Assembly (NCBI GenBank): GCA_039808545.1
Contig: JBDHTH010000001.1
Location: 1-29,696 of the forward strand
Origin: Phreatobacteraceae bacterium
GTDB lineage: Bacteria > Pseudomonadota > Alphaproteobacteria > Rhizobiales > JBDHTH01
Length of the DNA stretch: 29,696 bases
Direction: 5' to 3'
The position numbers and the translations under genes are program-made. Below are positions 19,374 through 27,125 of this stretch, piece after piece. The notes below the pieces were generated by a model. The model did no database searches, was not told where the DNA came from, and was given only the letters and a program-made list of their open reading frames with translations. Positions within the stretch are counted from its first letter, which is position 1; every line of letters starts with the position of its first letter.

Positions 19374-20471
19374 ATGAAATCGGCCGAAGTCAGGCTTGAA
19401 TCGCTTTGCAAGCACTACGCCGACCTGAAGGCGGTCGATGACGTGTCGCTGACCATCGAGCCGGGCAGCATGATCGCGCTGCTCGGCCCGAGCGGCTGCG
19501 GGAAGACCACCTGCCTGAGAATGATCGCGGGCCTCATCAGGCCCTCCTCCGGCGCGATCTACATCAACGGCAGCGACGTGACGCCGGTGCCCGTGCACCG
19601 GCGCAACATCGGCATGCTGTTCCAGAACTACGCGCTCTTTCCGCATATGACCGTGGAGGAGAACATCGCGTTCGGCCTGCAGATGCGCGGCGTTGCCAAG
19701 GCCGATATCGCCCAGAAGGTCGCCGATGCGCTCGCCCTGGTGCAGCTCTCGGCGCTCGGCAAGCGCTATCCGGCGCAGCTTTCGGGCGGCCAGCAGCAGC
19801 GTGTGGCGCTTGGCCGTTCGCTGGTCATCGAGCCGGCCGTGCTGCTGCTCGACGAGCCGCTCGGCGCGCTCGACAAGGGCCTCCGGGAGAGCATGCAGGT
19901 GGAGCTGCGCGCGCTCCAGCAGCGCCTCGGCCTCACCACCGTCATGGTCACGCACGACCAGGACGAGGCGCTGACCATGGCGGACAAGATCGTCGTCATG
20001 CGCGGCGGCCGGCTCGAGCAGGTCGGCTCGGCGACCGAGATCTACCAGCGGCCGGCCTCGACCTTCGTGGCGCGCTTCATCGGCGCCTCCAACCTCTTCG
20101 AGGGCCGCGTGGCCGCCCGCAACGGCGCCGGGGCCGAGATCGTCGCCGAGAACGGCATCCGCTTCCGCGTCGAGCAGCTTGCGGAGGATCGCAAGGACGT
20201 CACCGTCTCGGTCCGCCCGGAATCGATCGTCGTCGACAAGGCGGCCGGCAACGGGGCCGCGCCGGAGGGGGCGAACGCCGTGCGCGCCAGGATCGATCAG
20301 GTCGTCTATCGCGGCTATGTCAGCCACTACTACATGAGCACCGCCGATGGCGGGCAGCTGATCGCCTTCGAGCAGAACCAGTCCAGCGAAACCGGCCTGC
20401 ACTACGCGCCCGGCGACGAAGTTCTCGCCCGCTGGAGCCCTTCGGCGATCCACGTCATTCCGCAAGCCTGA
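19374..20471 (+). CDS. ABC transporter ATP-binding protein, PotA-like
   Basis: Walker A GPSGCGKT, signature LSGGQQQRVAL, Walker B LLLDEP, H-loop VTHDQ and a C-terminal TOBE-like region. Confidence 0.95.
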   Translation: MKSAEVRLESLCKHYADLKAVDDVSLTIEPGSMIALLGPSGCGKTTCLRMIAGLIRPSSGAIYINGSDVTPVPVHRRNIGMLFQNYALFPHMTVEENIAFGLQMRGVAKADIAQKVADALALVQLSALGKRYPAQLSGGQQQRVALGRSLVIEPAVLLLDEPLGALDKGLRESMQVELRALQQRLGLTTVMVTHDQDEALTMADKIVVMRGGRLEQVGSATEIYQRPASTFVARFIGASNLFEGRVAARNGAGAEIVAENGIRFRVEQLAEDRKDVTVSVRPESIVVDKAAGNGAAPEGANAVRARIDQVVYRGYVSHYYMSTADGGQLIAFEQNQSSETGLHYAPGDEVLARWSPSAIHVIPQA

Positions 20472-20501
20472 ACCAAGACGGCCGCGCAACCCGATCGCAT
20501 C

Positions 20502-21212
20502 ATGCTGGATCGACATTCACGCCAGACCGATATCGCCGTGCCGCTCGCTGCCGTGCCGCCCGGCGCGCCGAAGATCAGCTTCATCGGCACGCATGCGGTG
20601 CTCGTGGAGGCGCCCGGCGATCTCTGCCTGGAGCAGCAGAACCGCATCTGGACGCTCGCCGAGCTGGTCTCGGCCTGGCCGAATGTCGCGGAGGCGGTGC
20701 CGGGGGTCACCAACCTCATGCTGGTGCTGAAAGCCCCGCTCGAGGATGTCGACGCCTTCGTCGCGACGCTGCAGGAAACCTGGCGCCGCCTGCCGCGCCG
20801 CGAGCGCAAGGGCAAGCTGATCGAGATCCCGGTGATCTATGGCGGCGAGCTCGGCTTCGACCTGCCGGCCGTCGCGCGGCGCGCCGGCCTGTCGGAGCGC
20901 GAGGTGATCCGCATCCATGCCGAGCGCGCCTACACGGTCTTCGCGATCGCGAGCTCGCCGGGCTTCGGCTATCTCTCGGGCCTTGATCCGCGCATCTTCA
21001 TGCCGCGCAAGACCGTGCCGTCGCTGAACATGCGCGCCGGCTCGGTGACGATCGGCGGCATGCAGACCGGCGTTGCGGTGTTGACGAGCCCGAATGGCTG
21101 GAACGCCATCGGCTGGGCCGAGCAGCCGATGTTCGATCCGGGTAGCGAGACCCCCTCGCTGATGTCGCCCGGCGACGAGGTGCGCTTCCGCATCGATCGG
21201 ATCGAGCTGTGA
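20502..21212 (+). CDS. pxpB: 5-oxoprolinase subunit B-like protein (second copy)
   Basis: EAVPG, IPVIYGG, SPGFGYLSG, PR...P...RAGSVTIGG.QTG and SPNGWNAIG. Confidence 0.9.
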   Translation: MLDRHSRQTDIAVPLAAVPPGAPKISFIGTHAVLVEAPGDLCLEQQNRIWTLAELVSAWPNVAEAVPGVTNLMLVLKAPLEDVDAFVATLQETWRRLPRRERKGKLIEIPVIYGGELGFDLPAVARRAGLSEREVIRIHAERAYTVFAIASSPGFGYLSGLDPRIFMPRKTVPSLNMRAGSVTIGGMQTGVAVLTSPNGWNAIGWAEQPMFDPGSETPSLMSPGDEVRFRIDRIEL

Positions 21213-22183
21213 TCGAGATCCTGACGAGTCACGCTTTCAACACGATCCAGGATCGCGGCCGCTTCGGCGCGCGGCGCCTCGGCGTCAGCACCTCCGGCGT
21301 CATGGACCCGCTGGCGCTCGCGGCCGGCAACCTGATGCTCGGCAATGCCGAGGATGCGGCCGCGATCGAGGTGCAGACCTTTCCGTTCCGCCTGCGTTTC
21401 ACGGCGACGACGCGTTTCGCGGTGACGGGCGCGGATTGCAGCGCGCGCCTCGCGGACCGCGCTCTGCCGCCCTGCTGGTGCGGCCGGGCGGCGGCCGGCG
21501 ACGTGCTGGCGCTCGGCATGCCGAAGCGGGGCTCGCGCGCCTATGTCGCGGTGCCGGGAGGCATCGCGGTGCCGCCCGTGCTCGGCTCGCGCAGCACGCA
21601 TCTGCGCGCCGGCTTCGGCGGCCATGAGGGGCGCGCGATCGCCGCCGGCGATCGGCTGGCGGTCGGCGCCGATGACGGGATAGAGGCGCCGCGCGCCGAT
21701 TTCGGCGTCATGCCGGCCGATGTCGCCATTCCGGCCGAGCCGCTCGAACCGACCTCCCTCGCGATCCGTGTCCTACGGGCCGGCGAATACGATTTCTTCC
21801 CGGCCGAGATGCAGCGCCTCTTCTGGGAAACGCCCTGGAGGATCAGCCTGCAGAGCGACCGCACCGGCTACCGGCTGGCGGGCGCCAAGCTGCTCCTGCC
21901 CAGGCCCGTGGAGATGCGCTCGCACGGCGTCGTCTCGGGTGTCGTGCAGGTTCCGCCGGCCGGCGAGCCGATCATCCAGATGAGCGACGCCAATACGGCC
22001 GGCGGCTATCCGAAGATGGCGGCCGTGATCGAGGCCGATCTATGGCGCCTCGGCCAAGCCGGGCCAGGCACGCTGATCCGCTTCGTCGACGTGTCCTATC
22101 GGGACGCGGTCGCCGCGATGGAGCCGGTCGCGGCCTATGTCGCGCGCATTGCGCGAACCGCCGCGCTTTACCGGACGCTTTGA
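21209..22183 (+). CDS. pxpC: 5-oxoprolinase subunit C-like protein (second copy)
   Basis: GTGA overlap with pxpB. Motifs TIQDRGR, VLGSRST, SDRTGYRL and DANTAGGYPK. Confidence 0.9.
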   Translation: MIEILTSHAFNTIQDRGRFGARRLGVSTSGVMDPLALAAGNLMLGNAEDAAAIEVQTFPFRLRFTATTRFAVTGADCSARLADRALPPCWCGRAAAGDVLALGMPKRGSRAYVAVPGGIAVPPVLGSRSTHLRAGFGGHEGRAIAAGDRLAVGADDGIEAPRADFGVMPADVAIPAEPLEPTSLAIRVLRAGEYDFFPAEMQRLFWETPWRISLQSDRTGYRLAGAKLLLPRPVEMRSHGVVSGVVQVPPAGEPIIQMSDANTAGGYPKMAAVIEADLWRLGQAGPGTLIRFVDVSYRDAVAAMEPVAAYVARIARTAALYRTL

Positions 22184-22215
22184 ACGGGCGCGCCGCCGCC
22201 CAGGAGGACAGCAAG

Positions 22216-22995
22216 ATGAAGATCGACGTGAACTCGGACATGGGCGAGGGCTTCGGCCCCTACCGCATCGGCGACGACGAGGCGCTGATGGATGTCGTCT
22301 CCTCGGCCAACGTCGCCTGCGGCTTCCACGCCGGCGACCCGATCATCATGGATCGCACGGTGCGCATGGCGAAGGCGCGCGGCGTCGGCGTCGGCGCCCA
22401 TCCCGGCCTGCCGGACCTGCTGGGCTTCGGCCGGCGCGTGATCCAGATGGACGCGGCCGAGATCGAGAAGCACATGGTCTACCAGATCGGCGCGCTGCAG
22501 GCGGTCGCCGCCAATGTGGGCCACCGCGTGACGCATGTCAGCTTCCACGCCGCGATGGGCAACATGGTCAATGCCGATCCCGACATGGCGCGCGTCGTCG
22601 CCAAGGCGATCGCCAGGATCGATCGCGACCTCATCGTCTTCTCGATGCCTGACCAGCCGATCGTCGCGGCGGCCGAAGAAGCCGGCCTGCGGACGCTGAC
22701 GCTGTTCCTCGCGGACCGCGCCTATGACGCGACCGGCAATCTGGTGCCCCGCAAGGTCGCCAATTCGGTGATCACCGCGCCCGAGGCGGTCGCGGCCCGC
22801 GTCAAGCGGTTCCTGGACGACGGCACGGTCGAGACGATCGACGGCCAGTCTATCAAGGTGAAGGCCCGCTCGATCCTCGTTCACAGCGACACGCCCGGCG
22901 CGGTGGACCTCGCCCGCACCGTAAGGCGCGTCATCGAGCAGGGCGGGGGAAAGGTCGTCGCGGCGACGGAGCTGGCCATGGCTACGGCAGCGTAG
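22216..22995 (+). CDS. pxpA: LamB/YcsF family protein (5-oxoprolinase subunit A-like)
   Basis: AGGAGG RBS. Motifs DVNSDMGE, SANVACGFHAGDP, HPGLPD..GFGRR, ADRAY and HSDTPGA. Confidence 0.92.
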   Translation: MKIDVNSDMGEGFGPYRIGDDEALMDVVSSANVACGFHAGDPIIMDRTVRMAKARGVGVGAHPGLPDLLGFGRRVIQMDAAEIEKHMVYQIGALQAVAANVGHRVTHVSFHAAMGNMVNADPDMARVVAKAIARIDRDLIVFSMPDQPIVAAAEEAGLRTLTLFLADRAYDATGNLVPRKVANSVITAPEAVAARVKRFLDDGTVETIDGQSIKVKARSILVHSDTPGAVDLARTVRRVIEQGGGKVVAATELAMATAA

Positions 22996-23131
22996 AGGAG
23001 CGGCAGCCGAGACGACCGTTATCTCAACGTCTTTCCGGGTCGCCACTTTGTGGCCGCCGTGCCGGTGCGTTGCTGGCGGCAGACGATCCCGGCAACAAGG
23101 AGTGGAGGGCACGCCGGACCTGGAACCGCGA

Positions 23132-24178
23132 TCATAGCGTCGCGAGCCGGGCATTGGAGACCGTCGGCCCGTAGGCGTCGTGGAGCGCCTGCTTTTTCTC
23201 CAAAGCGGCGATCACGTCATTCGAGAAGTCGGCCTTGTACATGGTCTGCATGCGGCTGAGGCCGCCCGGCGTGAATACGTTGATCTCCAGCAGCTTGCGG
23301 CCGACGATGTCGAGGCCGACCAGGAACATGCCGTCGGCGACGAGCTTCGGTCTGACCAGCTCGGCGAGCGCCAGCATCTCGTCCGTAACCTTCACCTTGC
23401 GCGCCGTGCCGGCCGCATGGATGTTGGAGCGCAGATCGCCCTTGGCGGGCACGCGCTGGAAGGCCGCGTAGCTGTCGCCGCTGCGCAGCGGCACGCCGTT
23501 CATCAGGAAGAGGCGTGTATCGCCAGCCTTCGCCTCCGGCATATAGGCTTGCGCGATCAGATAGCCTTCTTCGCTCGCCGCCTCGAAGATCTGGTTGAGG
23601 TTGAGGTCGTCCGGCTTGGCGACGTGGAAGACGCCCTTGCCGCCGGATCCCTGGAGCGGCTTGACGATGCAGCCCTTCGGCTGCTCGGCGATGAAGGCGC
23701 GGATGGCGCCGAGCGAGCGCGAGATCAGCGTGGCGGGCCGCGCCGCCTCCGGAAAGGCCTGAAGGTAGAGCTTGTTTTGCGCCTGCGCCAACCCATCGGG
23801 GTCGTTCACCACGAGCACGCCGCGATCGGCGGCCAGACGCGCGAACATGATGCCGGCCGTCGCGGCCCAGGGGCGTTCGGTGGCGTCGACCGATGGGTCG
23901 TTGCGCAGGAACAGCACGTCGAGATCGCCGCATTCGAAAGTGTCCTTGCGGCCGGCGGCCGCCTGCAAAGCGGCGAACATCTTCTCGGCACTGCGGTAGT
24001 TTCCATCCGGCACCGCGACGGCCTCGACCGAAAGGCTGTTGTCGGCACGCAGGATGAAGTCTCCAGGCTCCATGTAGACGACCGAATGGCCGCGCTTGAT
24101 GGCCGCGAAGGCGAGGCTCGTCGTCGTAAAGCCCGGCGTCTCGGTCGCGATCGAGTTCACGAAGAGGGCTATGCGCAT
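23132..24178 (-). CDS. Glutathione synthetase (GshB)-like ATP-grasp ligase, divergent
   Basis: AGGAG RBS before ATG 24178. Collinear with prokaryotic GshB motifs: DVLFLRNDP, VKPLQGSGG, AQAYMP....GDTR, RSNIHAAG and VGLDIVG..LLEINVFTPGG. Confidence 0.88.
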   Translation of the reverse strand: MRIALFVNSIATETPGFTTTSLAFAAIKRGHSVVYMEPGDFILRADNSLSVEAVAVPDGNYRSAEKMFAALQAAAGRKDTFECGDLDVLFLRNDPSVDATERPWAATAGIMFARLAADRGVLVVNDPDGLAQAQNKLYLQAFPEAARPATLISRSLGAIRAFIAEQPKGCIVKPLQGSGGKGVFHVAKPDDLNLNQIFEAASEEGYLIAQAYMPEAKAGDTRLFLMNGVPLRSGDSYAAFQRVPAKGDLRSNIHAAGTARKVKVTDEMLALAELVRPKLVADGMFLVGLDIVGRKLLEINVFTPGGLSRMQTMYKADFSNDVIAALEKKQALHDAYGPTVSNARLATL

Positions 24179-24189
24179 CGCGCGCTCCT

Positions 24190-26055
24190 TCAGTTGGAGA
24201 TCATGTCGAGCGGCTCGATGCCGGCGATCGCCTTCTTCAGGCGCGGCCGTGCCGCCTCGGCGGACAGGAAGGCGGGCTCGAGCTGCGGCGGCCGGAGGAG
24301 GTCGCGGGCGCGCAGCTCCTCGATCGCATCGAAATGCGTCGCCGATATCTTGCCGACCCAGAAGGGCGTCAGGCTGCCGCCGCGCCGCAGATGCGCGAGA
24401 ACCTGCGAGACGCCGCGCAGGTAAATCGCGTCCTTGGCGAGGCCGCCGCCGCGATAAACCCTGAGTGCGATATTGAACGCCGTCCGCGCGCTCAATGCGT
24501 AGCTGTCGCACAGCATGGCGAAGGTCTCCACGAACGCCGCGCCCTCCAGCATTGCGTGGGAGGCGATGACGCGGGCCGCGAGCAGGCGCAGGCGCTGCGC
24601 GGTCATGCCGCCGACCAGGTATTCGGCGAGGACCGCGAGACCCTCCTGCGTCGCCTCATAGCCCGCAAGGCCGCTGCGCAGGATCGTCAAGCCCTGCACG
24701 GCGCCGTTGAAATAGGTGAGGAGATGGACGCCGATCTCGTGGCTGAGCAGGGCTGGCAGACGATCGCGGGCAACCTGTGTGTCGCGGGCGATCAGCAGGC
24801 GCCCGTTCGAGACGAGCAGGCCCGGCGGCAGGTCGCTGCGGATTTCCACGGATGCGTCGAAATCGCGAAAGACGCTGCGATAGCCCGCGATCATCTCGCG
24901 CGCCGCCGCCGCCACTGTCTCGGCGCCGAGCGAAGGCCCCGACGCGGCCCCGTCTGCGACGGCCGCCTTCAGGATGGTTTCCGCCCTTGCTTTCAGCGAG
25001 GGTTCGACGCCGCCGTAGAGCGCCCGTCCGAGCGGCGCGAAGCGGGGCGTCTCGCGCGCAGCGAGCAGCGAGAGCTGAAGGTCGAGCTCCTGCTGCTTCT
25101 CGGAGAGCAGGTCGCGGAGCAGCGGGTCCTCCAGGTGATCGAGCGAGACGGCGTAGAGCTTGCGTTTCTCGGCGCCGACCTCGATCTCGAGCGGGCGGTA
25201 GAGGAAGGTCGGCGCGGCCTTGAAGTCGTGGGCCTTGAACTCCGCCCAGGCAGCCTCCGAATTGATCGGGGTGAGCGCCAGCAGGAAATCGAAGGAGGAC
25301 GCGACCTTGTCGAGGCCGCGATCGGCGCGGCCGACAGCCTCGATGAAGGCCCGCCGGCCGAGGGCGCGGTGGCTGGGCGGTGCCGCCACTTTCGATGCCT
25401 TGAGGAAAGCGCCGACCGCTTGCAGACCTGAATCGATCATGTTGGCGACGACCTGGTCGCGCAGGCCCGGATAGATGGTCTTTCCACCGGCCGCCTTGTA
25501 GATCGGGGCAAAGCGTACCCAGAGCCGCGCAATGTCCCTCCGAAGGTGACTTCTCGGCGGCGGCAGATCGCAGACGCGCGGCGTCCGGTATCGGGACTTG
25601 CGGCTCGCCGCCGCTTCCGAGAATCGCTTCAGCGCGGCGCGTTCCGGCGCGGACTCGCCGCTCGCCAGCGCGATCTCGAAAGGCGGCAGGAAGGGCGCAT
25701 CGGGAGTGAGAAACCGATCTTCCGCGAGCTCGTCGACATCGAGCAGCAGGAAGGCTCCGGTGCGCTCGGCGAGGCGAGGCGCGAGATGCGCCACAACGGC
25801 TTCGGCCAAGCGCGTATCTGCTGCCGTCAGATAGGCGGCGTTCGCCGACACGACATCGAAAGCCGCGCTATTGTCGATCCCGACCTTGACCCAGAGGAAC
25901 GGCAGCGGACGGTCCATATGCAGGCGGCTGCCGTCGGGAAGATCGAGACGGATCGGCCGTCCCTGACCGAGGAGCTCGTCGAGCGCGGCGGCGATGGTGG
26001 CCATCGCGGCATCGATCGTCGTCGCGGCAGGCCGCTCGGCGCGCTTCGGCCTCAT
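24190..26055 (-). CDS. QEGLA-motif / DUF1704 (MATCAP-like) zinc metallopeptidase-domain protein with N-terminal extension
   Basis: ATG 26055 overlaps the upstream stop (ATGA); 621 aa. HEIGVH at 24724-24741, TQEGLA (QEGLA at 24634-24648) and KDAIYLRG. Confidence 0.87.
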   Translation of the reverse strand: MRPKRAERPAATTIDAAMATIAAALDELLGQGRPIRLDLPDGSRLHMDRPLPFLWVKVGIDNSAAFDVVSANAAYLTAADTRLAEAVVAHLAPRLAERTGAFLLLDVDELAEDRFLTPDAPFLPPFEIALASGESAPERAALKRFSEAAASRKSRYRTPRVCDLPPPRSHLRRDIARLWVRFAPIYKAAGGKTIYPGLRDQVVANMIDSGLQAVGAFLKASKVAAPPSHRALGRRAFIEAVGRADRGLDKVASSFDFLLALTPINSEAAWAEFKAHDFKAAPTFLYRPLEIEVGAEKRKLYAVSLDHLEDPLLRDLLSEKQQELDLQLSLLAARETPRFAPLGRALYGGVEPSLKARAETILKAAVADGAASGPSLGAETVAAAAREMIAGYRSVFRDFDASVEIRSDLPPGLLVSNGRLLIARDTQVARDRLPALLSHEIGVHLLTYFNGAVQGLTILRSGLAGYEATQEGLAVLAEYLVGGMTAQRLRLLAARVIASHAMLEGAAFVETFAMLCDSYALSARTAFNIALRVYRGGGLAKDAIYLRGVSQVLAHLRRGGSLTPFWVGKISATHFDAIEELRARDLLRPPQLEPAFLSAEAARPRLKKAIAGIEPLDMISN

Positions 26056-26852
26056 CGCATCGCTTTCAGGGCATCCTCGAGCAGCGGGATGGTCGAGGCG
26101 AGGAGATGCCGCAGTTCCGCGACGGCGGATCGGTCGGGCCGGCCCGTCCATTCGTCCATGAAGATCTTCTTGAATTCCACCGCGATGGCGCAGCCGGTCT
26201 CGGGAAACCGCTCGTGGATGAAGCGGGTCTGCTCGCCCCGTCCCTGGAACGAGACGTTCTCCCCGACAGCCAGGGGCCGTCCGGCCAATCGCCCCTTGGC
26301 GAGCGCTTCGAGAAACCGGTCGACGACGGGCGCCCATCGGTCGCGATCCATCGAACTCGTGCCGATATTGATGTCGGGCGCCTGGGCGACAGGCGTGGGG
26401 GCGGCATCCGGCCCGTCCCGCCGATGATTGTAGCTATGCACGTCGATGACGACGAACTTCCCGTGCCGTCGTGCAATCTCCGATAATGTGCTGTGCAACG
26501 CCTCATAGAAGGCCGTGTGGAAAGCGAGCGACCGCGCGACGATCGCCTCGTCCGGCGGCTCGCGCCAGACCCGCAAACCCCAGGACTGCTCCGGCTTCAA
26601 ATAGATGGCTGCATCGCGCGCCCGGTTCAGGTCGACCTCGAAGCGCGACCGATGTGCCACGATCCGCGTCGGAAAATTCGCGATCAGCTCGGCGGTGAAC
26701 GGATCTTCCTCGCGCTGCCGCTGCCCGGCATCGAGCGCCATAAGGGCCTCGCATTCCGGCCGGACGTCCCCGCCGTCGTGAATCGCCGTGCCGACGATGG
26801 GCGAGGCGCCTCGCACGATCGTCCAGCCCTCGTCGCGATGAATGCCAGTCAT
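26052..26852 (-). CDS. N-formylglutamate amidohydrolase family protein
   Basis: AIHDG, REEDPFT, SRFEVDLNR, DVHSYN, ENVSFQG and EFKK motifs. Start is MTGIH (26852), or possibly 26915. Confidence 0.87.
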   Translation of the reverse strand: MTGIHRDEGWTIVRGASPIVGTAIHDGGDVRPECEALMALDAGQRQREEDPFTAELIANFPTRIVAHRSRFEVDLNRARDAAIYLKPEQSWGLRVWREPPDEAIVARSLAFHTAFYEALHSTLSEIARRHGKFVVIDVHSYNHRRDGPDAAPTPVAQAPDINIGTSSMDRDRWAPVVDRFLEALAKGRLAGRPLAVGENVSFQGRGEQTRFIHERFPETGCAIAVEFKKIFMDEWTGRPDRSAVAELRHLLASTIPLLEDALKAMR

Positions 26853-27053
26853 AGGCGCTGCCGATTGCTCTCCCGATGCAAATGCCCGGCCGTGGCGGAA
26901 GTTCCTCCGCGACATTGGAGTAGCGGCGGTCGCCGCCCCTCAATGGCGGGAAGCGCGGTCTTGGATGGGTTATGCTGCAGGCGACTTCGATGCCGGCCAA
27001 TAGCGCGACCTGCGGGGCGATTGTTGGTCACGCGCCGAACGCGGACGGCAGGC

Positions 27054-27083
27054 TTGACAGCATTTCAGTAACGCCATTACTGT
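27054..27083 (+). promoter_or_regulatory. sigma70-type promoter for the FAH/hydantoinase operon
   Basis: Perfect TTGACA at 27054-27059, 18-nt spacer, TACTGT at 27078-27083. AT-rich leader and AGGGAGG RBS before ATG 27126. Confidence 0.6.
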
Positions 27084-27093
27084 AACGACGTTA
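27066..27093. promoter_or_regulatory. Tandem operator-like palindromes overlapping the promoter
   Basis: CAGTAA-CGCCA-TTACTG (27066-27082) and TAACG-A-CGTTA (27083-27093). GTAACGnCnTTA repeats with a 14-bp period. Confidence 0.55.
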
Positions 27094-27125
27094 GCATAAA
27101 AACAACACGACTCAGGGAGGATCTC

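Noticed and set aside
22996-23131. Possible multi-stem RNA structure and RBS-like AGGAGTGGAGG in the convergent gap
   Set aside because: Stems are short and GC-rich, as expected by chance at this GC content. The RBS-like string has no suitably placed start codon.
26056-26337. N-terminal extension of the QEGLA protein to 715 aa
   Set aside because: It overlaps the FGase gene in another frame. The ATGA coupling at 26052-26055 marks the likely start.
26849-27031. 60-aa ORF upstream of FGase as a possible precursor peptide for the ATP-grasp ligase
   Set aside because: No RBS, no RiPP-like core or leader pattern, and it overlaps the probable promoter region. No other convincing small ORF flanks the operon.
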